Below are positions 9,856-22,600 of a stretch of 64,000 nucleotides of DNA, piece by piece. Origin of the DNA: a virus. A program made the position numbers and the translations under genes. Within the stretch, counting starts at the first letter, position 1; the number at the start of each line of letters is the position of its first letter. The stretch lies in IMG/VR virus record IMGVR_UViG_3300048575_000119, positions 3,348 to 67,347 of that record. One strand, 5' to 3'. Under the pieces are notes generated by a model, which was given only the letters and a program-made list of their open reading frames with translations, did not search any database and was not told the origin of the DNA.

Positions 9856-11106
9856 ATGACGGTCCTGGGAGCGATTTTCGGACTTGGCCCTTTCGGAGGG
9901 ATTAGAGCTGGTTGGTTGTCCGGCCTCGGTTACGGCGGCCCCCCAAGGTACCTCCTAGCGGAGTCAGCCGAGACACTCACGCCCACCAGGATCCGGATTG
10001 TCTTCAATGACCTTCTCGATCTCTCAAGCCCTGCTACCACCAACGTGGCCAACTATCCGATCTCGGATTTCCACGTGTGGGCAAACGTGTTCTACCCCAC
10101 GTGGGTTGAGGTCGAGACGCACAGGTCCGTCATCCTCCACACGTCATTTCTCAGCAAGGCCCGCTACTCGACGGTTCCGCAGAACATCCCATCGTATTTC
10201 GGCGGAATCTTTCCGACGAGCTGGCTTGATTTCGTCGGCTTTGCTGGCGGCGCGACATTCCGCCCGGTTCCTGTCTCTTGGCGCAAGGTGCGTCTCGTCT
10301 TTTCAGGGCCAATGCTGGTCAACTCCGCGCTTACGAATCCCGCGAGCTATCGCGTTCGGACGCACACGGGTGTTGATCTTCCGATCACGTCGGTCATACC
10401 AGAGGGGCCTAGCAACTTGCCGGTGGCTGTCTCCTTGGTGCTTGGCGCGGATCTAATCGATCGCGGCGTCCATACGGCGTCCGTAACCTCCCTTGAGGTT
10501 CAAGATATCCTCGGACACGTCATATCCCCAAGCAGCTTGGATCTTCGTTGGGTGGCACCAACGCCCAGGCTCACTATCCCCGTCCGCAAGTTCACGGGCG
10601 AGACACGTCAGGGGCTCCTTGGTAGGCACAACGGCCTTGCATTCTTCTCCCCCGCCTTGACGACCCCGGCGCCCAATTCCGCCATCCAGGTCGATGAGGT
10701 CAAGGTATGCACGCGGGCGGAGGACGTCTACACAATCCCAAACCCCCCAGATCCGAATGTGCTCTTCACCTTCAAACGAGGGGTTTCAACCGGGACGCTT
10801 GCGACGGCCGGTCACGTAACGTTCGCAACGTTCGATCGTCTTGGAGGTGCGCGTGTAGACCTACACAGCACCCATCAAGACACATTAGCGGCTCCGACCG
10901 ACTCGAGGTGCATTGCGACGCTCACCGAGACGCTTGAGCCCGCGCGGGCGCCCAGGCTCAATGCCATGGCGTACAACACGACCGCCCCGCATCTTCGCCC
11001 GGTATGGCCCCTCTTCGATGGTGTTTCGTCAACGCCATTTGCTACCGCATCGAATCTGACGCCGATTCCTCCTGGAACGACGACGGTGCGCACCCTTGAG
11101 CCGTAG
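9856..11106 (+). CDS. Virion structural protein with two Ig-like repeats
   Basis: GAGGAG RBS; IRIVFNDLLD...TNVANY and VRLVFSGPML...LTNPASY. Confidence 0.55.
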   Translation: MTVLGAIFGLGPFGGIRAGWLSGLGYGGPPRYLLAESAETLTPTRIRIVFNDLLDLSSPATTNVANYPISDFHVWANVFYPTWVEVETHRSVILHTSFLSKARYSTVPQNIPSYFGGIFPTSWLDFVGFAGGATFRPVPVSWRKVRLVFSGPMLVNSALTNPASYRVRTHTGVDLPITSVIPEGPSNLPVAVSLVLGADLIDRGVHTASVTSLEVQDILGHVISPSSLDLRWVAPTPRLTIPVRKFTGETRQGLLGRHNGLAFFSPALTTPAPNSAIQVDEVKVCTRAEDVYTIPNPPDPNVLFTFKRGVSTGTLATAGHVTFATFDRLGGARVDLHSTHQDTLAAPTDSRCIATLTETLEPARAPRLNAMAYNTTAPHLRPVWPLFDGVSSTPFATASNLTPIPPGTTTVRTLEP

Positions 11107-11151
11107 AGCTTCTGTTTATCCCCACCCCTTTGGCAGGTTAGAGGAGATCGG

Positions 11152-11811
11152 ATGAGACTGACAGACGTTTTTCGCAAGGCCACCTCGGCGTTCCGCGCCC
11201 AGATGCACAATATCCTCCGTGAGGATATGCAGATGACGCTGAAAGGCGAGGTTTTCATGGTGATGCGCGACGGGGCCTCTGGAGAGATCCAGGAGGAACG
11301 TCACATCAAGAACCTCGTCGTTCGGGACGCCAGCATCCTCATCGCACGGCTTCTCAAGGACAATGCCGAGACAGGGCTTCACGGGGCCTTTGTTCTTGCG
11401 GTAGGGACCGGCGATACGGGGTGGGATCCAATGGCACCCCCGGCGCCAACGGAGACGCAGAGAGCGCTCTATAGCGAGCTGACCCGCAAGCGTTTCCAAA
11501 CAACGACCTTCGTCACGTCCGGTGGGCTCCCGGTAGGGTATCCGACCAACATTGTGGACTACACGACGGTCTTCTCGGAGAGTGAGGCCGTAGGCCCCCT
11601 GGTGGAGATGGCTCTTCTCGGTGGCAACATCTCCACCAACATGTCGGTACGCAACCCCGTCCCGACGCCGTATGGGCCGAACAGCTCCTTGGCCTACGAC
11701 GCGCTCCACAACCTCACGATGTGGGAAACCGAGCTGAACTACCTCACCTTCCCCGTCGTAAACAAGCCAGCCACCAGCACGCTCGCCATTACCTGGCGGC
11801 TCACGACTTGA
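11152..11811 (+). CDS. Tail collar/baseplate fibre-type protein (DUF3751-like)
   Basis: GAGGAG RBS; KNLVV...LAVGTGD...QRALYSELTRK...VEMALLGG pattern of phage tail-collar proteins. Confidence 0.5.
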   Translation: MRLTDVFRKATSAFRAQMHNILREDMQMTLKGEVFMVMRDGASGEIQEERHIKNLVVRDASILIARLLKDNAETGLHGAFVLAVGTGDTGWDPMAPPAPTETQRALYSELTRKRFQTTTFVTSGGLPVGYPTNIVDYTTVFSESEAVGPLVEMALLGGNISTNMSVRNPVPTPYGPNSSLAYDALHNLTMWETELNYLTFPVVNKPATSTLAITWRLTT

Positions 11812-11818
11812 GGCTAGA

Positions 11819-14392
11819 ATGGGCAACAAGAACTTCGGCGCGGGCGTCAGCGGTTACCTCGATCCTTCTGGAAGGAATTTCGAGACCGTTGTCTTCCAAG
11901 CAGGCAAACCAGTCGTCGACTCCGAGCTGAATCTCACGCCCGATGCCCTCGAGCAGGACTTGTGGCGTCTCCGTTACACCGGATGGCTTGTACCAGAGAA
12001 CCTTCGGCGCACGAACAATGCAGATTTCTACATTGATGGTACCTCCAATCAGATCCGTGTGTACCCATTCACAGCGGTCGTCAATGGCTGGAACCTGATC
12101 ATCGATCAAACAAGCGGGAGCGCGTACAACACAATCGCCCTCACAGCGGGGCCTATTGGGACCGCAACCCATCGAACGGATCTCGTAGTCCTTGAGGTGT
12201 GGCGACGGCTCATTTCCCCAGCGCCCTCGACAGACGGTAAGAGCCCCCTCGGCCGAATCTTCAAGAACGGCAACGTGAAGCTCTTCAGCCTCTCAGACCC
12301 AACGGTGGATTCGAGCAACAACTACGCCGATGACCTTATCGACGCAGCCGTGGGAACCGAGACGACGAAGCGCGTCCAGATTCAGTACCGCCTTCGCGTC
12401 ATTCCCGGGGTGGACCTTATGTCGTACCCCACCGGGCTAGATGATCCTACCATCGAGGTCCATGGCGTGCCCCTCTCCCCAACAACCCCAGACGGAGTTG
12501 TCGTTCCGATCTTCACCTACACGAATTGCTCAAGTGAGGGCGACCCGGGCCTCTGGAGAGCTGGTAACGGCGATCCTACGAACGCATTGGGGACCGTGGA
12601 CGGATACATCTACGCTACCCCGCTTTGTGCGATCTTCCGACGCAATACGACAGCCTTCGACAAGAACACCAACCACAACGGAGGCGCGGCCCTTCCCGGC
12701 CCGTCGACCCGCCCTGACGGGCTCTACACCGACCTGGTCGTAGAAGACGACATCGCCGACCTACGTTACATCGTTGCTCCCCAAGGATGGGACCACACAG
12801 AAGTTCTCGAGAAGACCGTCAACCTTCTTCTCGACAACAACCTCTGTTCGGAATGGATGACGACGGCACGTGGCGGAGGCGTTTGGGGCCACACGGTTCT
12901 CTACGCCAATGAGATCGGCCTTTCAACGGCCAACGGCGGCGACGGCATCGTCACAGGGGACACCCCTGGAGCGGAGTTCATCGGAGAGTTCGACGCAATC
13001 CGGCGTGAATTCTCCGATCGGGCGGTTTTCGAAGTCGCGACGATCCGCGTGCCTTGCCCAGGAGCTTCATGGACGGCGGGGACGGTGGTGACGATCAGCC
13101 CCTCGGCCTTGGAGGTCTACCCCTACGCGCCTTTCAATTGGGCCGCCTTTGCTCCCTCCGAATGCACCTGGGTTGACGTTCCTCGGGCTCGTTATGAGGG
13201 CCACGACGCCTCGCACCATTGCCTCCCGGCAACGATCGCGAGCATCACGAACCTCGGAACACGGCCCCAGGCGGCGCTTCAAGTGACCATAGGGACCGTT
13301 GACCCGATGATCACGAACGAAGACTTGATGCTTGACATCATGATTGCCTACCCCCCTGGGCGTGGCTTGAGCAAGACCCCGGTTGAGGACTTCGGGACCA
13401 ATAGCATCTCCGTCAACAACCCCGCGCAGCTCCCTGCTACCTCCCCGATCAGGTACGACTCGATGGTCTTCGGCCTTGACCACCCTCACCGAGAGGCTTC
13501 CTTGCGCTACCGCACAGGGATCTACACGGTGGTCCTTTCCGCCGACCAAACAACGAACCCCAGCCCAACGGTGGTCCTTCCTGAAAGGGCCATCAACATC
13601 ATCAGCGTTACGATCAACGGATGGGCCACGGCAGCATGGACCCTGTCCGCCGATGGGCGCACCTTGACGATCAACCCTATGGCGGTCTCAGGCGACGTGG
13701 TCTACGTCACCTTCCAGGCGATCCGCCCATTCCCGCAGAATGGTGAACAGGTCACAATTTGGTACAACGCTCGAGCGCCTCAGACGGTCCGCGATCTCAA
13801 CTTACCATCCCCGCTCGCGATCACACCACGCTGCGTATCCCCGCACCTACACACCCTCACGGTGGGCTCAGGATCTCCAGATGAAGCCTACCCCTTCCCC
13901 ATGGGCTATGTCCAAGCGGGCGGGGTCAAGGTAGCCGCTGGCGACCTCTTCACGGGGGACCATGAGCTTGACGCCACGGCGCACACGACCGTGGCCAACT
14001 TCGATGCAGATACCGGATGGATGCGCCTGCCTAGCTACATCCCCATGGTAGCTCCCGCAGACGGCCTTGTGCTCACGCGCCCGGGAGGATCCGGTGAGGT
14101 CGACGCTGAATCCCGCACGTACTACTCGACGGTTGCAGCGGGTTACCAGCCCAACGCATTCGCGCAAAACCTATCGGATCCGAAGAAGCACAAGGTTTTC
14201 CTGCCCATCCTGTGTGAGCTGGCGAGTGATAGCGGTGTGGGTAAGCGAAATCAGCTCGTCCTTGTGTTGCTCACAAGATGGGCCGCCTTCGATGCCGTCA
14301 ACGGTGTCTTCTTTGACACCACGGCGGCTTCAAACACGACGACAGCAAGCGTCTACCGTCTGCGGGGCAACCTGCTTAACGGGAGGTTCTGA
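11819..14392 (+). CDS. Tail/baseplate structural protein (paralog of 24243-28601)
   Basis: 857 aa; conserved blocks shared with 24243 (QxGKP..DxELN, LEVW, ETTxRVQxQYRxRV, DPGLWRAG). Confidence 0.6.
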   Translation: MGNKNFGAGVSGYLDPSGRNFETVVFQAGKPVVDSELNLTPDALEQDLWRLRYTGWLVPENLRRTNNADFYIDGTSNQIRVYPFTAVVNGWNLIIDQTSGSAYNTIALTAGPIGTATHRTDLVVLEVWRRLISPAPSTDGKSPLGRIFKNGNVKLFSLSDPTVDSSNNYADDLIDAAVGTETTKRVQIQYRLRVIPGVDLMSYPTGLDDPTIEVHGVPLSPTTPDGVVVPIFTYTNCSSEGDPGLWRAGNGDPTNALGTVDGYIYATPLCAIFRRNTTAFDKNTNHNGGAALPGPSTRPDGLYTDLVVEDDIADLRYIVAPQGWDHTEVLEKTVNLLLDNNLCSEWMTTARGGGVWGHTVLYANEIGLSTANGGDGIVTGDTPGAEFIGEFDAIRREFSDRAVFEVATIRVPCPGASWTAGTVVTISPSALEVYPYAPFNWAAFAPSECTWVDVPRARYEGHDASHHCLPATIASITNLGTRPQAALQVTIGTVDPMITNEDLMLDIMIAYPPGRGLSKTPVEDFGTNSISVNNPAQLPATSPIRYDSMVFGLDHPHREASLRYRTGIYTVVLSADQTTNPSPTVVLPERAINIISVTINGWATAAWTLSADGRTLTINPMAVSGDVVYVTFQAIRPFPQNGEQVTIWYNARAPQTVRDLNLPSPLAITPRCVSPHLHTLTVGSGSPDEAYPFPMGYVQAGGVKVAAGDLFTGDHELDATAHTTVANFDADTGWMRLPSYIPMVAPADGLVLTRPGGSGEVDAESRTYYSTVAAGYQPNAFAQNLSDPKKHKVFLPILCELASDSGVGKRNQLVLVLLTRWAAFDAVNGVFFDTTAASNTTTASVYRLRGNLLNGRF

Positions 14393-16575
14393 TGCCATCT
14401 GATAAGAACCCCGCCACAATCGTAAACCCTGGGCCAGGTAAGCTCTCCTCGGGTGTGGCAACAGCGTCGGCCTTCATCTTCCCCGGGAGTGGCGGAGGCG
14501 GTAGCTCATCAGCGCTACATGCGCACATTGTGGATCCTATGGACGCGCACATGTCAGGCGCGATTGGTATCCCAGCAACTGACCCTGTTACGGGCCTCCC
14601 AATCCTTGCAAGCGCAGGCGGCCCGGTCGACGGTGAGAGCGTCTTCGATTTCATCGTCGCAGCGAAGGACCTCTTCCCCGTTCGACCCAACGTCCTCGGT
14701 TACGCCACCACCGGAATCCCTAACACAGGGGTCCCGGATTGGGGCAACCTTGGAGAGCGCCCCGCTGGACCGGCCTACACGGGGGGCTTCACACGAGGAT
14801 CGGTGGTCATCCCCACGCATGAGATGATCGACGGCACCTCCATCGTGAGCGCCACGGTCCAAGGCACGCTCTACCCCGCCGATCGCGGCGTTTTGGCGAT
14901 TTACTACAGCACGAATGGGCTGTACCTCGCGGCACCCTCGCTGACGCTTGTTGCGGCCCTGTGGCTTGGGAGCACGGCTGCCCCAGCCGGGATTCCAAAC
15001 GCGGCGTTCAATGAGGCGAATAGGGCTGTCAACCAACTTGACCATACGGCGACGGGTGTCGGGCTGGATAACATCACCCTCACGCACCGGCTCCCTTACC
15101 TCGAGGACTACTCCGGCTACGCGGGCTACTACACGGACTACACGTCCAACTTCTACCGCTATCAGCTTGGGCATTACAGCTACCCCATCACGATCGCGGC
15201 GCAAGACGCTGGAAGCTGGCTGATGGTTCATTGGCGCGAGACTTACGCCACCTCCCTCACGGCGATTCAACCCGCCGCCATGGTGACGCACCTCTCAAGC
15301 GCCTATTGCTATTCGGCGATGCCTTCGGGCGTTGACTTCGACACGGGCGAGATCCGCGAAGTCAACAGGCACAACGTCTACCGTGACACCATGCTGGCCA
15401 CACCGATCCCCAACACCTACACGGTTTCGGTTGTCGGATCTCCCGGGACGGAGCAACTCTCTGGGGTTACGTTCTACAGCAATCGCTCAACGCCCTTGCT
15501 GTGGAACATGGACCTCCGGATCGATGACCTCCTCACCTACAGCTACTACACAGGGACGGTTGCCTCCGTGGGCAACATCCCCGCAGGCTTCGAGTCACCC
15601 TACGACCCCATGACGATCGACTTCTCCGACTTCGGAGGCGCCGTCCTTGGGGTCCCATACCACCACCTTCGGGACACAGGTACGCTCACATACTACAGCA
15701 TCACACATGCTCCTACCCTTGGGGCTACGAATGTCTTCCAAGAGACCAGCGTTCCGATTCATGGGACGCCGGTTCATGCAAGCCCCGTTGGCGGCTATGG
15801 TTTGATCCGAGGGGTTTGTCGAAAGCCATTCGTGAGCAGCCTCACTTGGGCGGACACCCCGAGGTACCTTTTCAACTCGTACCCGCAGACGGGTTCGTCC
15901 ACGGCGTCGACTTCGACCTTCGAGCCATTCACAGATGAGCGCTTCCGATTTGATGCGTCCGCGCTTATCTTGGCCTCGCTTAGGGTTGAACCGAGCATTT
16001 TGAACCACTACAACTCCACGACAACGCTCACGATTGGGGACAACAACCTCCAGGTCGTAGGGCACCAGCTCGTGTATCCCCACGCCAACTTCTCGTCGGG
16101 TTACCTGCCTGCGGGGCCTGACTATGCGGCGGTCCTTGCAGGTGACGCCGCAAGTGAGATGCGTAGCTACATCCGAGCTTTTGACACGGGTGTGCCCCGC
16201 AACACGGGTAAGCTCCGGATCAGGGGCATTCGTTACTCGGACATCTCCAGCTCAACGGCGAGCCCTTCGGATATACGTGATGGGCATACGGGGGGAGCGA
16301 TTGTGCTCATCAAGGTTCCTGGCCAGACAGGGTGGTTGGACCTTGGCCGGGCCTACGGTGTCCCAGACCTCAACGTGGCGATGAATTACCGTGGCTGCGC
16401 GACAGGGGTTTCCCCAAGCACCACGGCGACCGACTTCACGGTGACCTACAACACCAGCCTCTTCACGGCAGACAATGGCGCTGGGGAATTCCCCATCTTC
16501 ATCCGTGTGATTCTCTTCAAGAACGGCGCTGGGGAACTCCTGTCGATCGACGACATTACTTGGGAAGCCCCCTAG
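14392..16575 (+). CDS. Tail fibre-associated structural protein
   Basis: 727 aa; N-terminal LHAHIVDPMDAH motif typical of fibre attachment segments; translationally coupled (TGATG). Confidence 0.5.
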   Translation: MPSDKNPATIVNPGPGKLSSGVATASAFIFPGSGGGGSSSALHAHIVDPMDAHMSGAIGIPATDPVTGLPILASAGGPVDGESVFDFIVAAKDLFPVRPNVLGYATTGIPNTGVPDWGNLGERPAGPAYTGGFTRGSVVIPTHEMIDGTSIVSATVQGTLYPADRGVLAIYYSTNGLYLAAPSLTLVAALWLGSTAAPAGIPNAAFNEANRAVNQLDHTATGVGLDNITLTHRLPYLEDYSGYAGYYTDYTSNFYRYQLGHYSYPITIAAQDAGSWLMVHWRETYATSLTAIQPAAMVTHLSSAYCYSAMPSGVDFDTGEIREVNRHNVYRDTMLATPIPNTYTVSVVGSPGTEQLSGVTFYSNRSTPLLWNMDLRIDDLLTYSYYTGTVASVGNIPAGFESPYDPMTIDFSDFGGAVLGVPYHHLRDTGTLTYYSITHAPTLGATNVFQETSVPIHGTPVHASPVGGYGLIRGVCRKPFVSSLTWADTPRYLFNSYPQTGSSTASTSTFEPFTDERFRFDASALILASLRVEPSILNHYNSTTTLTIGDNNLQVVGHQLVYPHANFSSGYLPAGPDYAAVLAGDAASEMRSYIRAFDTGVPRNTGKLRIRGIRYSDISSSTASPSDIRDGHTGGAIVLIKVPGQTGWLDLGRAYGVPDLNVAMNYRGCATGVSPSTTATDFTVTYNTSLFTADNGAGEFPIFIRVILFKNGAGELLSIDDITWEAP

Positions 16576-16635
16576 CTAGTCTGCTTGTAATCCCAGCTAG
16601 AGAGCAACGGCAGCGGTCGCGCCGAGAGGACCAGC

Positions 16636-19600
16636 ATGGCAAACGTATTCACGAGCACAGGCACCATCACGAACCTCACTCGTCTTGAGCTGGAACAGCT
16701 ACGCCGAGCCGACTCTTTCACAGCAGGCAAGGCGCTCACCGTAGGCGATTCGGCCTATGGCGCCGAGAACGTCGTCGGTAAGGGCGACCTCAATGCGGAG
16801 CCGTACTACACCAGCCCTGAGATCCCCCTTGATAGCGTCTACACGAACACGCCGCCCACAGCCCCTGGTATAGGGCTTTCGACGCAGACAGCGGTAGAGG
16901 GCACCCCTACGGATTCCGTTAGCTGGGTAGGCCCTGAGCTGATCTATGACTCCGATGTTGGCTGGGCGGAGACCACGACCCGGTGGCGTGACGATACAGC
17001 CGGTTTGAACTTCACCCTCTTCGTTCAAGCGGGTGACCTTCTGCTCATCAAGTCCAAGCCCTCCGGCGTCATGTCAAGAAACACCTGGGCGGTTGGGACG
17101 GTTCTGACGGTGACCGCGAACACGCTCACCCTCACGAACATCTACAACCCCTCTTGGTCGACTCCATCGAACCTTCACGCAGAGGCGGACCTCTACAACT
17201 ACGTCATCGTACGCCCCTCGGCGGCGCAGCTATTCGCGGTCCCAGGGTCAGGACCAACGGGGCGCGAGCAAACCTTCATGATGGTGCAGCCTGGGGCGAG
17301 CGTTCACAGCCTCCTCAGCCCCACGGTGGACCAGGTCAATGCGGTTCGTCTCCTGAACGTAGTCCCTGCTAATGCCAGCGGAACCACGACGATTGACCGA
17401 GCGGACGGTGTTTATGGCGCCCCCGCGCCCCGCACGTCGCTAGACAAGCTCGGCTACCGTGTTGTGCTCTACCCTGACAACGGGTCGGGCACAGGCCCGG
17501 ATCTGACGCGACCGATCGCAACGCTCAACCCCCTCATCAACAGCACGATCTCCGCAGACGATCAGCGGATGACGATAGACTACCAGGCGGGCATCATCCG
17601 GTTCTCATGCGCGCCGCGAACAGGGGATGACATCAAGCCATCGGCGGGTTGCGTCAATACCACAACGGGGCGGCTCAACCTCTATGCCGTGTTCTGGGTC
17701 ATTGACACATCGCTCACCAAGGGGAACGCTCGGGGGCTTTGGGCCTCACGAAGCACCTACTATGGGGCAAAGGCCGCAGGTAGGATCGAATTCGACGCCT
17801 CGAACAACTGGTGGAAGATTCACTCCGGTATCAGCGGCAAGTACTTCTTCGTTCGGGCGCTTGACGCGGCGGAGACGGGGGAGACACAGGTCACCGAATT
17901 CGGAGCCTACGACGTTACGGGGCCTCGAAGCTTCAAGTACCGTAGCATGAGCGAGACCTGGGTCTTCACCAGGCACAGCGCGATCGATGCAGACCCGGCG
18001 ACCTCGGTGGAGCTAGGTGTTGCTGACAAGATCATGCTCACCATGGGCGACGGCGCCAACCCCGCCATAATCCCAGGCGGAGACATTCAACCGAGCGCGA
18101 CTTCCGTCACGGGTGGCTACCGAGATGTGACCTACCCCTTGAAGAGCCTCGTCAAAACGGCGAGCTACGGGGCCTACAACAAGGTCCACCTGCGGCGTGG
18201 TAACTACCAGATCACCCGTACGATCCACGTCCCTCCAGGTGTCGTGATCGAAGGCGAGGGCTCGGCTACGGTCCTTCGAAACATGACGTCCAACTCCCCG
18301 ATTCTTCGGTTCGGAGCAAATACGCCTTGGGGTGTCTACGACTTTGACTGGGACAACACTTACCACACGCCCACCAGCATTCTCCCCTCAACCATCATGA
18401 CGAAGGTCGAGGGATTTGACATCTGCTGGAACCCCAACAAGCGCTGCTGGGGCTTCGTATGGGGTGACACGACGACACAAGAGGTCTGGTTCCAGGAGAT
18501 GACGCTTGCGGGAACCCCGCTTCACGCGGGCCAGGGTATTCCGCTGAAGAACACCGCGACGCCTCTGTTCACAAGCGAGACAGGCGCGTCAGCACCGGTT
18601 GCAAGGCACACGGCGGGCCACGCACCCCGCATTGCCTACGACACTTTCCGGAACCGTTACGGTGTCGTTTGGGTGGAGACGGGGCTCTTCAATGCCCCTT
18701 ATGTGGGCATCACGCTCTTCAAGGTAACGGACACGGATACTGTGTCCACCCTCTACACGACCACGCTTGGAAGTTTCACCAAGTCTTATGACCTCCCCTC
18801 CATTGCCTTCAATGACTTCGACGATGGCTACACCGCCTACGTCTCAACAGCAGTGAAGGAGACTGGAAATCCTGCCTCAATTGAGCTGCATCAAGTCTCA
18901 GAGAGCGGCGTCACAACCTACGACTACGCCCTCCCGGCCTACTACGTTATCACCTCCACGGACGTTGCGATCAATACGGAGGGGTTGGCGATGGTGGTGT
19001 GGTCTTGCCTCAACCACCTTCTTATTGAGGGCACCTCGGGGTCTATCACGGCGGGCACGCCCTCCACGTTCCATCACAATGACACCATCGACTTCACGAC
19101 GCTCGGTGTCGTGGCGGGTGATAAGTTCCACCACCTCAATCTCACGGTAGGCTCTGACGTCGAAGGCGGTATGGACGGGTACGTTTGCGATGCCCCGTCC
19201 GCCAGCACGGTCTCGATCAAGCGTGAGGATTCACCCGACAAGTCATGGACCGCGCATGCCGCGACGAATATCCGGTGGGCCATCAGCCCCAAGGGTTACA
19301 TCATGTCGGCCTACTTGGGGGGCAGCGGGCTCACGCCAGGTCTGGTCATAGACAGCGGGACGCTAGCCGCAGGCTACTTCAAGGCGGAAATGCGAGAGCC
19401 TGATTTCGTGAGAATTTCGGCGGGCTCGGACGGCCGTTACCTGGTTGTCTTCCAGGCGTTCAACACGACCGCTTACCTCTCGAAGACGACGCTCCGAAAC
19501 TTCGACGACGGCATCAGCTTTGACTTCATCGATTCGGGGGCCATCCCGGTACAATCCCCTTACCTCTACCGTGAACACATCGGGACCTGCTCGGTTCTAA

Positions 19601-22600
19601 TGGGAGCAACGGGTGGTGCCTTGGAGCCATCTGGCAGTGTCACCGCTACTCGCATGGAGCCTGATGGGTCTTCATTGAGCAATTTGCTGCTTTGCGGCAA
19701 CACGGGCGTCGCAGCAAAGTCCTTGGGGGCGCCGGATCCCCTGATGCCCCGTCCGAATTCGGCATGGCTCAACTTCCAAATTGCCACTGTGAACGAGCCT
19801 TGGGGACCTCGCCGTGGTTATCACCTTGACGTTTCAGCTCGCAATATCGTCCACAAGTGGACCGCCACGCGGCCCATGTCCCTCATCCCGGACGTCACTT
19901 GGACGGGCGAGGATTGGACGGTCATCAGCCCCACGCAGAACCAGATCTTCTCGGATACGGGGTACATCATTCTCGACGGAGGTGACTCCTACCTGGTTGA
20001 TGAGACCTACTTCTTCGGATCTGGGACCAAGACGTACACGGATGGTAACTACCTCCCTCAGACTGCCTCCGGGACCGTGTACTTCCCAGCGTCTGGGATC
20101 ACGGCGACCTACACGGTCATCAGCGAGCATTGCGTCCTCTTGGACACTGCGATGCCCGCAGGGAAGATCTCCTACTACGCGGTCTACGACCATGAGACCT
20201 ACTACGACGAAGCACGGCTAAACACCGGCTTGAAGAGCATGCTCTTCCGCGTTGCGTCGGATGGGTCCTTGATTCAAGGCTGCTCACACTTGACCCCCGC
20301 AATGAGTCACTTGGGCGAAGAGGTCTTCCTCACCAAGCCCTACATCCCTGACACACGGATCGAAACCGTCAGCCGGAGGAAGGTCTACACGCAGTACAGC
20401 CCTAACGTATCCTCCGGGGGCGGTAACGACCCGATGACTTGGGGCGACCTGGCGCAGACAGGGCTGATCAATGGTGGCTGGTACACCAACTACCCCTCGA
20501 CGCGCATCTCGGGCGACATTGGCTTTGTCGGGGCCTTTGTAGGGGCGCCACGAAGCTACAGCTACCACACGCCCACCGAGGCACCCTTGGCGGCGCTTGC
20601 TTGGGGTGAGAGCTTCTTCGCTTCGATGGGTCGGCAGTATTCACCTAGCCAGATTGCGCTCTACCGGCAGAGCGCGGGTCCTTACAATTCGGCGGCCAAG
20701 AGCCTTCGTTTGGAAAACATCTCGAAGCGGCGAAACGAGCTGTCGATCACTCCGACCTACATGAGGATGCTGTCGCACACGCGGATCCTCACACGTTGGG
20801 GGCTTCCTGCGATCGGGACGGCAGGGTTCGATACGGATGGGTACCGTAACTGCTTCGTGTACCCCTCCCAGAAGATGATGCCTGAAACCAACCCGCTCCT
20901 AACCGTCTACTACGGTAACATCTACGTAGGGTACACAGGGCGTCACGCGATCTCCTGGAATGCCACCTACACGAATGCCACAGGCGAAGGTCCTATTGAA
21001 TACATGGGGCCAGATAGCACCTGGAACAGCTCCAACGTGATGGCGTTCCCGCCAGGAACGTCCGTTGCGCCGGATACTGGATCAGACCCCTACCCAGCAG
21101 CACGTAGGGAGTACAACAGCGGAGCCCCGATCGTCATTTGGAACGGGTCCAACTTCGTGGCCTTCTGGACCGAGCAGATGGCTAATTGTGCCACGGATCA
21201 ACAAGGCAATCTGATCTGCATGGGGACTTATCCTGGGGGTGAGGAAACCCACCGTATCGATGACTCCATCGGAACGCTCAACGATATGAACCGACCCACG
21301 GTCAACCAAGTCGTCCGTGTTTCTTGCGGGCAAGGGTTGGACTTGAACGAGATTGGAGACACCACGGATCCTAACCGAGGTCAGATCGCGACACTTGGGG
21401 CGGCATTCTCCGGCAAGAATTACTGCGTGGCTTGGGCGGTCGGGCTTCACCCGGATACGGACACAGGGAGCTTCCAAGCGGGATCCACTATTGGAGTCAC
21501 CATCTTCCACGGCGTTACGGGATCTGGTGGTGCTCAGAGTTACGTCCTTAACACCTCCACCAATGGGCTATACTTCAGCTCTCCCAAGGTTGTCTGGGAT
21601 GGCCAAGCCTTCGTGGTGTTCTGGCGTGTGGGTGGTGACTCAGGCGGAGCCATCCGATACCAGGTGGTTCCTGAAGAGGGCTTGGGGCAATCAATCCAAT
21701 TGCGCGACCTTTCTGCGCCTACCACGCAGAAGTTCAACCGGAAGCACAGCATTGGGCGATTCCACTCCATGGGGATGATTCAACTTGGAGACGCCTCGGA
21801 CATCTCTTGTGGCCCCGGCGACCTCCTTCACATTCAATCCACGCGAACCGTCACCACGACTTCGGGGACGGGCAGCACGTCAGGATCTGTATTGACCGAC
21901 GGTACTGCTAACTTTGTCGCAGCAGGCATTGTGGCCGGTGATATGGTGGTGATTGGTGGGGCGAGTCGTTACACGATCACCAACGTTGCGGCGACGCAGC
22001 TCACGGTTGAATACTCGATCGGAACGCTTGCCAGCATTGCCTACACAGTCGAGCACTACGTGTACCAAACCAAGAACGCTGGGTGGTACACCATCCGGGA
22101 TTACAACCCGGTCCAGCAGACCATTCACCTCGCTCTCGGCATTGATTGTCCTTGGGACGGCCAGGAAGTCATCGGAGCGATCTTCTCGGGTGTTGGTGTT
22201 GGAACAAATGCCAACACCTCGATCTACAAGTCAGATTTATCGCTCCCCATTCCCCTGACGGGGATCTCCCGGGCGGGGCAACTGCTTCCGAGCGCCTCTC
22301 AGAATGAGTACTCCACCACGGCATCCGACCCGGCACGCCTCCTGGACGTGATTTACAATGAGCAAGACGGAACCTTTGCCATCCTGTATCTCGATGACAA
22401 TCGCTTCGTCGGAATCCAAACGGTCACACGTTCGGACTTCAGGGCTTTCAATAGGGCGCTCATCACGACAAGCAGCGTCCGTGAGGGAAAGATCTCCTGG
22501 AACGGGCATCACTACCTTGTGGTGTACATCCAGGGGACCTACATTTACTACGCCCTGCTTTCAAGGGACTTCGCGGTAGAGGAGAGCAACGTTCTTCTCT

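Noticed and set aside
16586-16599. TGTAATCCCAGCTA, identical to a stretch of the human Alu consensus
   Set aside because: Only 14 nt and the flanks do not match, so this is coincidence rather than contamination.
12724-18841. Minus-strand YGGTGTAG copies inside structural genes (CTACACC at about 12724, 16807, 18833)
   Set aside because: Explained by common Tyr-Thr codons (TAC ACC) on the coding strand, with no minus-strand gene downstream.
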